Origin: Coleofasciculus chthonoplastes F2-STO-03
GTDB lineage: Bacteria; Cyanobacteriota; Cyanobacteriia; Cyanobacteriales; Coleofasciculaceae
Assembly: GCA_040222015.1 (NCBI GenBank)
Contig: JAVJWO010000047.1
Location: 64,001 to 128,000, forward strand
Length of the DNA: 64,000 nucleotides
Reading direction: 5' to 3'
Shown in pieces: positions 18,404 through 28,460 of the stretch. Below the pieces are notes generated by a model. The model did not search any database and had not been told where the DNA came from. It worked only from the letters and a program-made list of their open reading frames with translations. Position numbers and translations under genes: made by a program. Each line of letters starts with the position of its first letter. Positions within the stretch are counted from its first letter, which is position 1.

Positions 18404-21400
18404 TCAATCGATAGGAATCACATCAAATTCAGTTTTCAAGCGCACACCGACATCGGTTTCGGAGAAGTTATTCCGTTGCTGGATGGTAAATCCTAAACGG
18501 AGATTGGATAAGAATCGGAAATCATAGAATAGTTCTAAAACGTCGGGATCTTCTTCTCCTTGGTTATTCGATAATTCTTGCCCATAGCCTAATCCTAGGC
18601 GATCATTTTGGGTAAATACATCCAAAAAGCTCACACCAAAACTATAGGTCGTCGCCGCTTCGTCAATTTCTCGGTTGATATACCGACCATAGCGACCAAA
18701 GATGCCCATATTCCAATCAGGGATAAAGTATTCAGCATTGAGACCATACGCCTCTTCCCGATCATCTTCTTCCAGTCCCACATTATTGTCCCCGCGTGCG
18801 ATGGAGAAAATTTCGTTAAATCCTGTTTCTGAACCCGCATCGCGATTGGTGGCATAAGTGCCGCGAATAATGCCATTGCCATAACGTAAACCCACTTCAC
18901 CGGCAAATCCATCTAAGGCAAAATCACCAATACTTCCCGATGATGAAAACGCCGCTGCTTTGGCTTCAATAGTGTCGGTCAATGTCCAATTAACCAAGAC
19001 GCCGGGACGAGAAGAAATTCCGGTGGCACTTAAGGCTGGATTGGTTTGAAAAACCGGATTAAAGAAATGGGTGACCCCATCTTTAGCAAAGCTATTGCGA
19101 TCAAAGTAAGACGTTAAATCGAGTTGACCGAGTACAAAGCGCAAATTCGGTAAATCGGTAAACGGAGCGGTAGAAAAATAGAGTTCATTAATGTTTAATC
19201 CCTGGTTGGGAGAATCAGCTAAACCACTATCTTCGCTAGTTAAATCTAACGTGGCAGCAAATAGCGCTTTCGGAGTTAGAGGATAGACACCAGCCAACCG
19301 CGCCCGCGCCACAGAAGAGTCGCCCTGTACCACATAGCTTCCTTGGAATGCTAAGGAAGGATCTCGTAAGGCTGTGCTGCGTAGTAGAGAGGAGGATGGA
19401 TTGGACTGAGGTCGTCTTAATGTTGGCGGAGGACTGGGAATGGGGGGAGGTAATGTTGGGTTAGCTGTACCGGGTACAACGACTGGATTGGGTGATCCGA
19501 AAGGAGACTGTGCCACTGTATTCATCCCATTGGACGGATTGACCGTGGGATTAACCATTGGAGGTAGTGCGGCTTGGGTTTGCGGCTGGACATAAACCTG
19601 TCCTGTCGCCGGATTATAACCGTTAAAATTTGGTGAATTTGGGTTAATTGGTGCAGGTAAAACGGCTTGGTTTTGCGGTAAATAGGAAACCTGTCCGCTA
19701 CCCGGATTATAACCGTTAAAATTTTGGGGATTTGGATTAATCGGTGCAGGTAAAACGGCTTGGTTTTGAGGTAAGTAGGAAACCTGTCCGCCACCCGGAT
19801 TATAACCGTTAAAATTTGGTGAATTTGGATTAATTGGTGCAGGTAAAACGGCTTGGTTTTGCGGTAAATAGGAAACCTGTCCGCTACCCGAATTATAACC
19901 GTTAAAATTTTGGGGATTTGGATTAATCGGTGCAGGTAAAACGGCTTGGTTTTGAGGTAAGTAGGAAAACTGTCCGCCACCAGGATTATAGGGATTAAAC
20001 CCAACTGGAATCTGAGTCGGTACCGTTAAGCCAACTTGGGACATTTGGGGAATGTAAGCAACCTGCCCCCCGCCCACGTTATAAGGATTTCCCCCCATGG
20101 GAACTCCCATGGGTTGTACTGGCACAAGGATAAAGGTTTGAGGCAAATAAGGAACTTGTCCTCCCCCTGGGTTGTAGGGATTACCCCCTAGAGGCATTCC
20201 CATGGTTTGGACAGGAACTAAGATTACGGTTTGAGGCAGATAAGGGACTTGTCCCCCTGGATTGTAAGGATTGACTCCTCCAGGAAAACCCTGAGTTGAC
20301 ACAGGAATAAAGTTAGGAGTGGGGACAATATAAGAGGGTTGTCCTCCCGGTTGGTTGTAGGGATTGACACCTGCTGTCCCAGCACCGGGCATAGGGATAA
20401 GATTAGGCGTTTGGGTGACAAAAGAAGAGGATTGTCCCCCAGGTTGGTTGTAAAGATTATTACCCATAGCCGCCCCCGCATTGGGCATGGGGATAACCGT
20501 AGGCGTTTGGGTTCCAGACAGGGACTGTCCCCAGGTTGGGGTGTAGGAGTTAGGACTCATCGCCGCCCCAGTACCGGCCGTAGGGATAGTATTAGGTGTT
20601 TGAGTAAACGAAGAGGGCTGTCCCCAAGTTTGGGTGTAGGGATTCACGCCCTGGGGTTGAACATTCGGTGAAACAACCGTGGGAAAGGCGGGAAGCTGTC
20701 TTGAGTTAGATCCCGTAGAACCCAGAGGAATCGAGTTTGTCGGTACAGGGAGGGGAGATGAATTTTGGAACAGAGTTGGAAGCTGCGCCACCTTCACCTC
20801 GAAGGTATCCCTAAACCGGACTGAGGTTTCAGTGGTAAGGGGTTGGTTACAGGGGGTTGAATCGTGACAATTGTGATCAGAGGAAAATTCGGGAATAAAC
20901 GGTTCTTCCTCAATAGCTAAGGGTTGGTGAGCAGAGTTTAAAGCTAGTTCTAATAAACCCGACTGAGTTGATAGACTAGCTTGAATCGGGGGATTGGGGA
21001 TGGGGGAAGCAATACGGTTGGAATACGCTCTAGTTTCTACGTCTTCTGTTCTCCCTGTTCCGCTATCTTTTGCCCTATCGATGGAGGCGGGATTATTGTC
21101 GTTATTTTGTCGTTCCTCGTGTCTGGCTGGAACGGTTTGGTCAAGGGTTTCATCAATTTTCGCCGCAATAGCATTAGGTTCAAGGGCTACGACTGAAGGG
21201 TTAGAATTCAGGCTTGTCGAGCCAGCAGTATCTCGTCTTGAGACATGCTCCACCCTTTGGGCAGAAACGGGCGCTGGATCTGGATGTTGGTTTAGCTCAG
21301 AACCAGGTTTATGCAAGCGATCGGCTTGATTCAGAGATAATTGGAAATCACCGGACGGTTTTTCTTGTCCAATATCTTGTTGATTGGCGACTTCTGAGTC

Positions 21401-21580
21401 AGGTAGAGTCGCCTGAGCGGGTTTAATTTCAAGTAATCCTAGCGTCCAGAAAACGATAAGTGATCCAATACTAAGCAGATTAATCCATAGCAGCGGCTTA
21501 AGCAAGCCGAATCGTTGAGAATCAGGGACTATTAAGTTCATTACCGGAGTTGGTTTGACCGATTGATGTTTGCCCTGCAC
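18404..21580 (-). CDS. Outer-membrane carbohydrate-porin-like (OprB-type) beta-barrel with a very long P/Q/N/G-rich N-terminal region
   Basis: C-terminal GQLDLTSYFDRNSFA, GIFGRYG, DRLGLGYG, ELFYDF and GVRLKTEF strands; low-complexity N-terminus; start codon uncertain. Confidence 0.7.
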   Translation of the reverse strand: MQGKHQSVKPTPVMNLIVPDSQRFGLLKPLLWINLLSIGSLIVFWTLGLLEIKPAQATLPDSEVANQQDIGQEKPSGDFQLSLNQADRLHKPGSELNQHPDPAPVSAQRVEHVSRRDTAGSTSLNSNPSVVALEPNAIAAKIDETLDQTVPARHEERQNNDNNPASIDRAKDSGTGRTEDVETRAYSNRIASPIPNPPIQASLSTQSGLLELALNSAHQPLAIEEEPFIPEFSSDHNCHDSTPCNQPLTTETSVRFRDTFEVKVAQLPTLFQNSSPLPVPTNSIPLGSTGSNSRQLPAFPTVVSPNVQPQGVNPYTQTWGQPSSFTQTPNTIPTAGTGAAMSPNSYTPTWGQSLSGTQTPTVIPMPNAGAAMGNNLYNQPGGQSSSFVTQTPNLIPMPGAGTAGVNPYNQPGGQPSYIVPTPNFIPVSTQGFPGGVNPYNPGGQVPYLPQTVILVPVQTMGMPLGGNPYNPGGGQVPYLPQTFILVPVQPMGVPMGGNPYNVGGGQVAYIPQMSQVGLTVPTQIPVGFNPYNPGGGQFSYLPQNQAVLPAPINPNPQNFNGYNSGSGQVSYLPQNQAVLPAPINPNSPNFNGYNPGGGQVSYLPQNQAVLPAPINPNPQNFNGYNPGSGQVSYLPQNQAVLPAPINPNSPNFNGYNPATGQVYVQPQTQAALPPMVNPTVNPSNGMNTVAQSPFGSPNPVVVPGTANPTLPPPIPSPPPTLRRPQSNPSSSLLRSTALRDPSLAFQGSYVVQGDSSVARARLAGVYPLTPKALFAATLDLTSEDSGLADSPNQGLNINELYFSTAPFTDLPNLRFVLGQLDLTSYFDRNSFAKDGVTHFFNPVFQTNPALSATGISSRPGVLVNWTLTDTIEAKAAAFSSSGSIGDFALDGFAGEVGLRYGNGIIRGTYATNRDAGSETGFNEIFSIARGDNNVGLEEDDREEAYGLNAEYFIPDWNMGIFGRYGRYINREIDEAATTYSFGVSFLDVFTQNDRLGLGYGQELSNNQGEEDPDVLELFYDFRFLSNLRLGFTIQQRNNFSETDVGVRLKTEFDVIPID
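19611..19990 (-). repeat. Coding tandem repeat, four units of 93 bp (31 aa)
   Basis: GGATTATA-like anchor recurs at 19611, 19704, 19797, 19890 and 19983. Confidence 0.92.
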
Positions 21581-22423
21581 CCTGTCGCCACTTTAGCAAA
21601 GGACTTAGTCCTTGGCGATTCATATAACCTTGGTTGAATGAAGGTTGAATCTTGTCTTAATAGATAATGGAGGATAGCCAGTGACGCTTTTTGGTTATAA
21701 ACATCCACCTGCTTTAGCTAAAACCACTCGGTTACGTCTGAATTCCAGAAAATTGATAGGTCAATTCCCACCATATTTTTTAGGGTACTCTTGCCGCAAC
21801 CGTTCACCTACGAACTAATCCTCACCCGGAAATTTTGCCGAGTCAATGATAGTTGACTAAACAATTTAAGGGAGTTAATTCGAGAAACGTTTAGCTGTAA
21901 ATAGAACGGTTTGGGCAAAGCCTGAATCCGTCCCCTAGTAATTTCACCCAAAGGTACAAGGCATTGAGCGCCCGAAGCCTTGAGTGACTATTCCTGCGCT
22001 CGTTGCCGAAACAGCGATCGCGTTCTCATCAACCTCCTTTGATCAGATCAAAAGTTCAATCAGCTAACGGTGTTGGCGAGTGCAACACTATAACAGATGC
22101 AGATACTTTGACTTTACCGAATGGGTACTCATTTCGTAGACCGTATTTTCACAAATTTTTCGCTCTTAGAGCGAAAATTGCACCCCTGAGTAATTTTTAG
22201 CTCATCTGGCGATAGGTTCCCTAGGCTGTAATTTTTCATTCAGCGCGGGATGAATCACCAGTCCCTATCTAGTTTAATGCGTCCGTTAAGAGAGCCTCCA
22301 TAACCTTTGGGGAATTGGAGTGGCAAGTGAGCATTCCTCTACAACTACGCCTTAACTTCTCAGTTTTAACATATTGAAAGAATTTGCCAAGGGGAATCAG
22401 GGGATAAGGCTTTAGCCTGGGTG

Positions 22424-22548
22424 TAAGTATCTGAACATACAATTCTGTTCACTTTACTAAGAAATGTTAACAAGCCTCAAACCCTTACTGTTGCCTGTTG
22501 CCTGTTGCCTAATCTCCACCGTTAACTTTACTTTTGTCAGACTACTTA
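22424..22548. repeat. MITE-like element (TAAGTA...TACTTA ends) with an internal CCTGTTG heptamer repeat
   Basis: Imperfect terminal inverted repeats; relatives at 49474-49610 and partial copies near 2569, 23470 and 41813. Confidence 0.55.
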
Positions 22549-22748
22549 GTACATCTGGACGGGGGGAACTTCAGCTTAAAGAAGCGATCGCAGAGCAGGG
22601 GGCTAGCCATTTTCATTTTACTTACGCCGATTTATCACACTCTCGTTGTCGATACTGCCATGTCTTTTGTCCGAGAGCTGGATTAGCTGGGGTGCGTTCA
22701 ATCGTTTTAGATTAGAGGTAAGGATGTAATGATTCAAGAGGTCTGATT

Positions 22749-23348
22749 GTGGTCTTTGCTCAAACCAGTTCCCCAGATGTAGGAACAACTCGCCTCACGC
22801 TAGACGAGTATCGGGCGATGGAAGAAACCCACCCGGAACGTCATGAATACCGCAACGGAGAGATTATTACAATGTCGGGAGGTTCTGAAGCCCATAGTGC
22901 GATCGCTAGCAACTTATTAATTTACTTGGGGTTTTTGCTCAGAGATACCGATTTTCGTTTGTATAACAGCGACTTGCGAGTTTGGATTCCTGAATATCAG
23001 TGTGGGACTTATACTGATTTGATGGTGGTTAATGGCTTCCCAGAGTTCAATGGTGAGCGCAATGATGAAATTCTCAATCCTTTCCTGATTGTCGAAGTTC
23101 TATCGCCTTCTACGGAAGCCTATGATCGAGGTGAAAAGTTCAGAAAATATCGTTCTCTTGCTAGTTTTTGTGAATATCTGCTGGTGAGCCAAGCTGAACC
23201 CTACATTGAGCAGTATCATAATCTTGAGCCTAGCAGTAATGATCGCTGGCTGTGGCAAGTGTACTCTAACCTTGAGCAGGTGATCGTCCTGCACAGTTTA
23301 AACATAGAAGTTCCCCTGTCTGAAATCTATCGTCGCATTAATTTTTAA
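22749..23348 (+). CDS. Uma2 family (DUF820) endonuclease-like protein
   Basis: RHEYRNGEIITMSGGS, YTDLMVV, IVEVLSPST, DRGEKF and EYLLVSQ motifs. Confidence 0.92.
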   Translation: MVFAQTSSPDVGTTRLTLDEYRAMEETHPERHEYRNGEIITMSGGSEAHSAIASNLLIYLGFLLRDTDFRLYNSDLRVWIPEYQCGTYTDLMVVNGFPEFNGERNDEILNPFLIVEVLSPSTEAYDRGEKFRKYRSLASFCEYLLVSQAEPYIEQYHNLEPSSNDRWLWQVYSNLEQVIVLHSLNIEVPLSEIYRRINF

Positions 23349-23490
23349 GGGTTATTTCGGCGGACATGATATCAAACCCTTACACTTACAAAGGACGAAG
23401 GACGAATGACAAATGACGAATGACGTAGCTTGCTTCTCGCTCTCGCGAGTTCTTCACCGTTCACGTTAATTATGTCCACCTACTTATAAC

Positions 23491-23521
23491 CCAGCACTCT
23501 AATCTGCGATTAGAGTGCTGG
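23491..23521. terminator. Probable bidirectional terminator hairpin
   Basis: Perfect 14-bp stem CCAGCACTCTAATC-TGC-GATTAGAGTGCTGG between convergent genes. Confidence 0.6.
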
Positions 23522-23580
23522 AGGATGTCACGCGAAGGGAAACAACCAAACCCACCCCTATCAATCAACACTTAGAAAAA

Positions 23581-24948
23581 TTAACGCCCAACTCCGACAT
23601 AGCGGAACCCAGCGTCTTCTAGCACGTTAGGATCGAGAAAGTTACGACCATCAATAAGCACGGCATTATGCATCAGCTTCGCCATCTTGCCATAATCCAG
23701 ACTCTGGAATTGTTCCCAGTCGGTGACTAATACCAAAGCGTCACAGCCATCTGCCAAGCGATCGGGATCACCTTCCACCTGCACACCAGATATACCGTGA
23801 CTCATCCCACTCGATGAAATAATCGGATCATAAGCCTTGACTTTTGCGCCCAACCGATTGAGATTTTCAATCAGAATCAATGCGGGAGCATCGCGCATAT
23901 CATCCGTATCCGGCTTAAAGGTTAATCCCAACAATCCTACTGTTTTACCTTTGAGGATTTTAAGTTCTTGCTGGAGTTTTTCCACAGCAATTAAGCGCTG
24001 ACGATGATTGACACTCACCGCTGCTTTCAACAGTTGAGCATCGAACCCATAATCATCCGCCGTATGAATCAACGCCGAGACATCCTTCGGAAAACAGGAA
24101 CCGCCCCAACCAATCCCAGCTTGCAGGAATTTACCACCAATGCGAGTATCTAAACCAATGCCTTGGGCGACTTGAGTCACATCCGCGCCCACGCGATCGC
24201 AGATATTGGCGATTTCGTTAATGAAGCTAATTTTGGTGGCTAAAAAGGAATTGGAGGCATATTTCACCATTTCCGCTGAACTCAAATCCGTCACCACTAC
24301 CGGAACCGGGGGTAGGGATTTATCTTCAGCAGGTTCACGCTTAACGATTGGCGCATAGAGTTCCTGCATCATGGAAATAGCGCGATCGCTATTACTCCCC
24401 AACACAATGCGATCGGGGTTAAAGGTATCATAAATCGCTGATCCTTCCCGCAAAAACTCCGGATTACTCACCACATCAAACTCAACACTTGTGTCTGACG
24501 TCGTACCTCCAGAGGACTTCTGGTGAGCAGTGACACCATCCATGACAATCATTCGTACCCAATCCCCAGAACCAATGGGCACTGTTGACTTATTCACAAT
24601 CACCTTGTAGCCCCCATTCAGGTGATTGCCGATCCCACGGGCTACGGCTTCCACATAGCGAGTATCACTTTCACCATTGGGTAATGCTGGCGTTCCCACC
24701 GCAATAAACAGAATTTCGCCATGAGCGACACCCCTCGCCAAATCCGAGGTAAACTCCAAACTGCCCGCATTACTGCAAGCTTGCATCAGTTCCGATAGTC
24801 CCGGCTCATAGATGGGCGACTGTCCTGATTTCATTAATTTGACTTTTTCTTCATTGTTATCCACACAGATAACATGGTGTCCGATATGGGCTAAGCACAC
24901 CCCGGTTACTAAGCCAACATATCCAGTACCAATAACACAAACGCGCAT
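23581..24948 (-). CDS. ugd: UDP-glucose 6-dehydrogenase
   Basis: GTGYVGL, KSTVPIG, NPEFLREG, GGSCFPKD and FKPDTDDMRDAP motifs. Confidence 0.95.
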   Translation of the reverse strand: MRVCVIGTGYVGLVTGVCLAHIGHHVICVDNNEEKVKLMKSGQSPIYEPGLSELMQACSNAGSLEFTSDLARGVAHGEILFIAVGTPALPNGESDTRYVEAVARGIGNHLNGGYKVIVNKSTVPIGSGDWVRMIVMDGVTAHQKSSGGTTSDTSVEFDVVSNPEFLREGSAIYDTFNPDRIVLGSNSDRAISMMQELYAPIVKREPAEDKSLPPVPVVVTDLSSAEMVKYASNSFLATKISFINEIANICDRVGADVTQVAQGIGLDTRIGGKFLQAGIGWGGSCFPKDVSALIHTADDYGFDAQLLKAAVSVNHRQRLIAVEKLQQELKILKGKTVGLLGLTFKPDTDDMRDAPALILIENLNRLGAKVKAYDPIISSSGMSHGISGVQVEGDPDRLADGCDALVLVTDWEQFQSLDYGKMAKLMHNAVLIDGRNFLDPNVLEDAGFRYVGVGR

Positions 24949-25075
24949 GAGCTGATCCTCTCTGGTAGATGGTAGGACTCAGGGCTATCTAGCGGATTGA
25001 TTCGTGTCCTAGTAAGCCCCTATGCCCCTATGAGTTAATACTGTAGTCGCTTAACTGGAAACAAGGGAATACCCT

Positions 25076-27004
25076 TCAGCCGTTAAGCGATCGCGCGCGG
25101 AAATCCTCAACAGTCGTTTTTAACCCCTCCTGTAAAGGTATAGTCGGTTGCCAACCCAATAACGTCTTCGCTTTCGTAATATCCGGACGGCGACGTTGCG
25201 GGTCATCTTGCGGTAAATCCTGAAAGATAATTTCTGAATCCGGATTCACCATATTTTGCACCGCCTGCGCCAATTGTAAAATCGTATACTCATCCGGATT
25301 CCCCAGATTAATCGGTCCGGTATGCTCATTATTCATCAACCGAATTAATCCTTCTACTAAATCCGATACATAACAGAAACTGCGCGTTTGTGAACCCTTA
25401 CCATACACCGTTAACGATTCACCTTTAAGCGCTTGCACCACAAAATTACTTACAACTCGCCCATCATTTTCCAGCATCCGAGAGCCGTAGGTATTAAAAA
25501 TACGAGCCACCCGAATGTCCACACCGTTTTGCAGATGGTAATCAAACGCCAACGTTTCCGCCACTCGTTTCCCCTCGTCGTAACAGTTCCCGCAAAACGC
25601 GACTCGTCCATGGCGACGCACACACACCACATGATTCTGCACATTAACGCAGTAAACATTGCCAGCATATCGAAATGGCTCTGGGGTGACTAAATGAGCG
25701 TCTTTTATCGGTCGAATATTCACCCGATATAAATCACGACCTACAGCATGAGACACAACAGACGCCGCATAACCGCAACGCATGGCTAACTCTTGGACAT
25801 CATCAGCCAGTTGTTTTGATTTCGTGTAATAAACATAGCCATCTCCGCGCTGGGAATCATCTCCCATCATCAGCGCCTTAAACAAAATCAGCGACTGACG
25901 CTTGGATAATGATAAAAACTGGCGCGGAATATATTTATCACCCGACTTACCTAGAGGGAGTAAAATTTCTGCCAGTTGTTTACTACAAATCCTGAATTGG
26001 TGGTCATCCGATGAGAAAAACTTAAAGCCGAGGTTGGTTAAACAGTGGGTGATTTTGGCTCGACCTTCTGGATTTTCTTGAGCAATCAGGATGTTATAAT
26101 CAGCTACCTCATAGTCACGTCCACCAACAACCCGCCCTCGTCGTCGGACATGAACGCAGCCTTCAGAAATGTAGTAACCGAGGAATTCCAACCAATCATC
26201 CATCCGAATTCGCTCGATGCTAACCTTCGCGTTTTTCGGTGCAGTTTCCAGTTCAAACCATTCTGGTTCTTCTCCCTGAAACTCACCCCCAGTAGGGACA
26301 CGCCAAGAATGCCAATGTCGGTCTTCATCCGCACGCAAAAATTGCAATTTTCCGGTTTTACTGCGTACATACATCCAGTGATTTGGCGTTACACACAGAT
26401 CGAATTTAGCATTGGCAAACCGGAGCAAATTACCCACGTAAGGCTGCACAATATACTCGTCCGGGACGTGATACTCGACTTGATTATCGGGATTAAGAGT
26501 CGCCACTCGCACCCCTGGCTGTAATTGGGGAAAAGGAACCCAGCCATTTTCCGTTAAAATTTCAGTTTCAGCGTCGTAACAACTGCGGGGTCCAATTGGA
26601 TTAACATTTCCTCGGTATTCTTCGGGTTGAGGATGAACTTCCGGATCACCATACACTTCCGAGGTTGAAGCTAATAAAAATCTCGCCCCTACCCGCTTGG
26701 CTAACCCCAACATATAGAGGGTACCCATAACATTGGTTTTAATCGTCTTGACAGGATTGTACTGATAGTGTATTGGCGAAGCCGGACAAGCCAGATGATA
26801 AATTTGGTCAACCTCGACGCGAATCGGTTCGGTAATATCGTGGCGGATCAGTTCAAAGTAGGGATGATTCAGCCATTTGACGATATTTCGCTTGGTGCCA
26901 GTATAGAAGTTATCCAGACAGAGAACTTCATGACCTGCTTCCATTAACCGATCAACGAGATGGGAACCAATAAAACCAGCACCACCTGTAACTAGAATTC
27001 TCAT
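25076..27004 (-). CDS. UDP-glucuronate decarboxylase (UDP-xylose synthase), interrupted by an intein
   Basis: GGAGFIGS, HLACPASP, ASTSEVYGDP, RS|CYDEGKR and DGRVVSNF; removing the 332-aa insert leaves a 310-aa SDR of normal length. Confidence 0.93.
   Translation of the reverse strand: MRILVTGGAGFIGSHLVDRLMEAGHEVLCLDNFYTGTKRNIVKWLNHPYFELIRHDITEPIRVEVDQIYHLACPASPIHYQYNPVKTIKTNVMGTLYMLGLAKRVGARFLLASTSEVYGDPEVHPQPEEYRGNVNPIGPRSCYDAETEILTENGWVPFPQLQPGVRVATLNPDNQVEYHVPDEYIVQPYVGNLLRFANAKFDLCVTPNHWMYVRSKTGKLQFLRADEDRHWHSWRVPTGGEFQGEEPEWFELETAPKNAKVSIERIRMDDWLEFLGYYISEGCVHVRRRGRVVGGRDYEVADYNILIAQENPEGRAKITHCLTNLGFKFFSSDDHQFRICSKQLAEILLPLGKSGDKYIPRQFLSLSKRQSLILFKALMMGDDSQRGDGYVYYTKSKQLADDVQELAMRCGYAASVVSHAVGRDLYRVNIRPIKDAHLVTPEPFRYAGNVYCVNVQNHVVCVRRHGRVAFCGNCYDEGKRVAETLAFDYHLQNGVDIRVARIFNTYGSRMLENDGRVVSNFVVQALKGESLTVYGKGSQTRSFCYVSDLVEGLIRLMNNEHTGPINLGNPDEYTILQLAQAVQNMVNPDSEIIFQDLPQDDPQRRRPDITKAKTLLGWQPTIPLQEGLKTTVEDFRARSLNG
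25586..26581 (-). mobile_element. Intein of 332 aa with a LAGLIDADG-type homing endonuclease region
   Basis: Block A CYDAETEILTENGW; block B VTPNH; block C FLGYYISEG; block E ALMMGDD; block H TKSKQLADDVQEL; block F/G VYCVNV...FCGN followed by Cys+1. Confidence 0.92.
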
Positions 27005-27070
27005 AGGTTTTTCCGAATAGAGCGATCGCGTAAGCTTAGTGCGGTAAAGTATCAAGCTCTACCATGTTAC

Positions 27071-28460
27071 AATATAGCGATGGTGAAAGCCTCTGTGCTC
27101 TCTTCCAGGGGATGAAACCGAGTTCGGCGTATAGCCAAGCAACTTTAGTTGCGAGTGTTAATCAGCTTGTACCATAATTCTACTATAAGTTTGACGTGGT
27201 AAAATGATTGTCTACGAGGGCAAACTAAAAGGTAAAGAGTATCAGTATAGACGGCTTGATGAAGCTATCCGTACTGGCTTGTTTATCCGTAATGCTTGCC
27301 TTCGCTATTGGGAGGATGGTCATGCTAAGAGCCGGAATGATTTCTCTAAATACTGCACAGTACTTGGGCATTGCCAAAAATTTCCGTGGGCGAGAAAGCT
27401 AAACTCACAAGCCCGACAAGCTATGTCTGAGCGCACCTGGGCTAGTATTAGCCGATTCTTTGATAACTGCAAAAAGAAAATTCCCGGCAAGAAGGGCTAC
27501 CCCAAATACAAAAAAAACCGTCCTAATCACGGTTCCGTGGAGTACAAAACATCCGGATGGAAACTATCAGAGAATCGCGACCAGATCACATTCACTGACG
27601 GTTTTCAAGCCGGAACGTTTAAGCTATATGGGACTCGTGACCTAAACTACTACCAACTTGGGTCAATCAAGAGGGTTAGGATAGTTCGCCGCGCCGATGG
27701 TTATTATGTTCAGTTTTGTATAGACCATGACAGAACTGAAGATAGGGAGCCAAAGGGCAATACTGTAGGATTAGATGTTGGGTTAAACCACTTCTATACC
27801 GACTCAAACGGTCAAACGGTTGATAATCCGAGATTTTTGAGGAAGTCAGAAAGGCAACTAAAACGTCTCCAGAAGCGGGTATCTAGGAAGTTTAAGAAGG
27901 GTCAACCCCAGTCCAATAACTACAAGAAGGCTAAACAGAGGTTAGCCAAGAAGCACTTAAAAGTCAGCAGGCAACGTAAAGACTTTGCAGTTAAGACGGC
28001 ATTGTGCGTAGTCCGGTCTAACGACTTGGTAGCCTACGAGGACTTGCAAGTGCGGAATATGGTCAAGAATCATCATCTGGCTAAATCGATCAGCGACGCA
28101 GCTTGGTCTGAATTTCGTAGATGGCTTGAGTATTTTGGGAGAGTATTTGGTGTGGCGACGGTTGCCGTTAAGCCTCACTACACCTCCCAGAACTGTTCCA
28201 ATTGCGGTTGTGTTGTGAAGAAAACGCTCTCAACGAGAACACACCAGTGTAAATGCGGATGTGTCTTAGACCGTGATTGGAATGCAGCCATCAACATACT
28301 CAAAGAGGCACTTCGTACTGTGGGACACACAGGAACGCTCCAGGATTACTGGATAAACGCTTCGGGACAACTTGCCCTCTGGGGTATTGATGAAAATCAA
28401 TATTCTAAGGTGATTGGATGAACGAAGAATCCCCCGCGTTTTCAACCGGGGGAGTGTCAA
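27071..28460 (+). mobile_element. Non-autonomous IS200/IS605-family (IS1341-like, IS608-type ends) element carrying tnpB only
   Basis: TTAC at 27067-70, AAAG at +16..+19, then the left hairpin; GAAT, right hairpin CCCCC...GGGGG and terminal TCAA ending at 28460; no tnpA. Confidence 0.8.
27204..28421 (+). CDS. tnpB: RNA-guided endonuclease TnpB
   Basis: RuvC-I GLDVG, RuvC-II AYEDL, Zn finger CSNC...CKC, RuvC-III DRDWNAAINI. Confidence 0.95.
   Translation: MIVYEGKLKGKEYQYRRLDEAIRTGLFIRNACLRYWEDGHAKSRNDFSKYCTVLGHCQKFPWARKLNSQARQAMSERTWASISRFFDNCKKKIPGKKGYPKYKKNRPNHGSVEYKTSGWKLSENRDQITFTDGFQAGTFKLYGTRDLNYYQLGSIKRVRIVRRADGYYVQFCIDHDRTEDREPKGNTVGLDVGLNHFYTDSNGQTVDNPRFLRKSERQLKRLQKRVSRKFKKGQPQSNNYKKAKQRLAKKHLKVSRQRKDFAVKTALCVVRSNDLVAYEDLQVRNMVKNHHLAKSISDAAWSEFRRWLEYFGRVFGVATVAVKPHYTSQNCSNCGCVVKKTLSTRTHQCKCGCVLDRDWNAAINILKEALRTVGHTGTLQDYWINASGQLALWGIDENQYSKVIG

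Noticed and set aside
19611..19990. Regularly spaced repeats as a CRISPR array
   Set aside because: Units are contiguous, in-frame 93-bp coding repeats with no unique spacers, and no cas genes are present
21581..22748. Short ORFs 22003-22200 and 22464-22715 in the long spacer
   Set aside because: No recognisable motifs, and one overlaps a repeat element; more likely regulatory DNA
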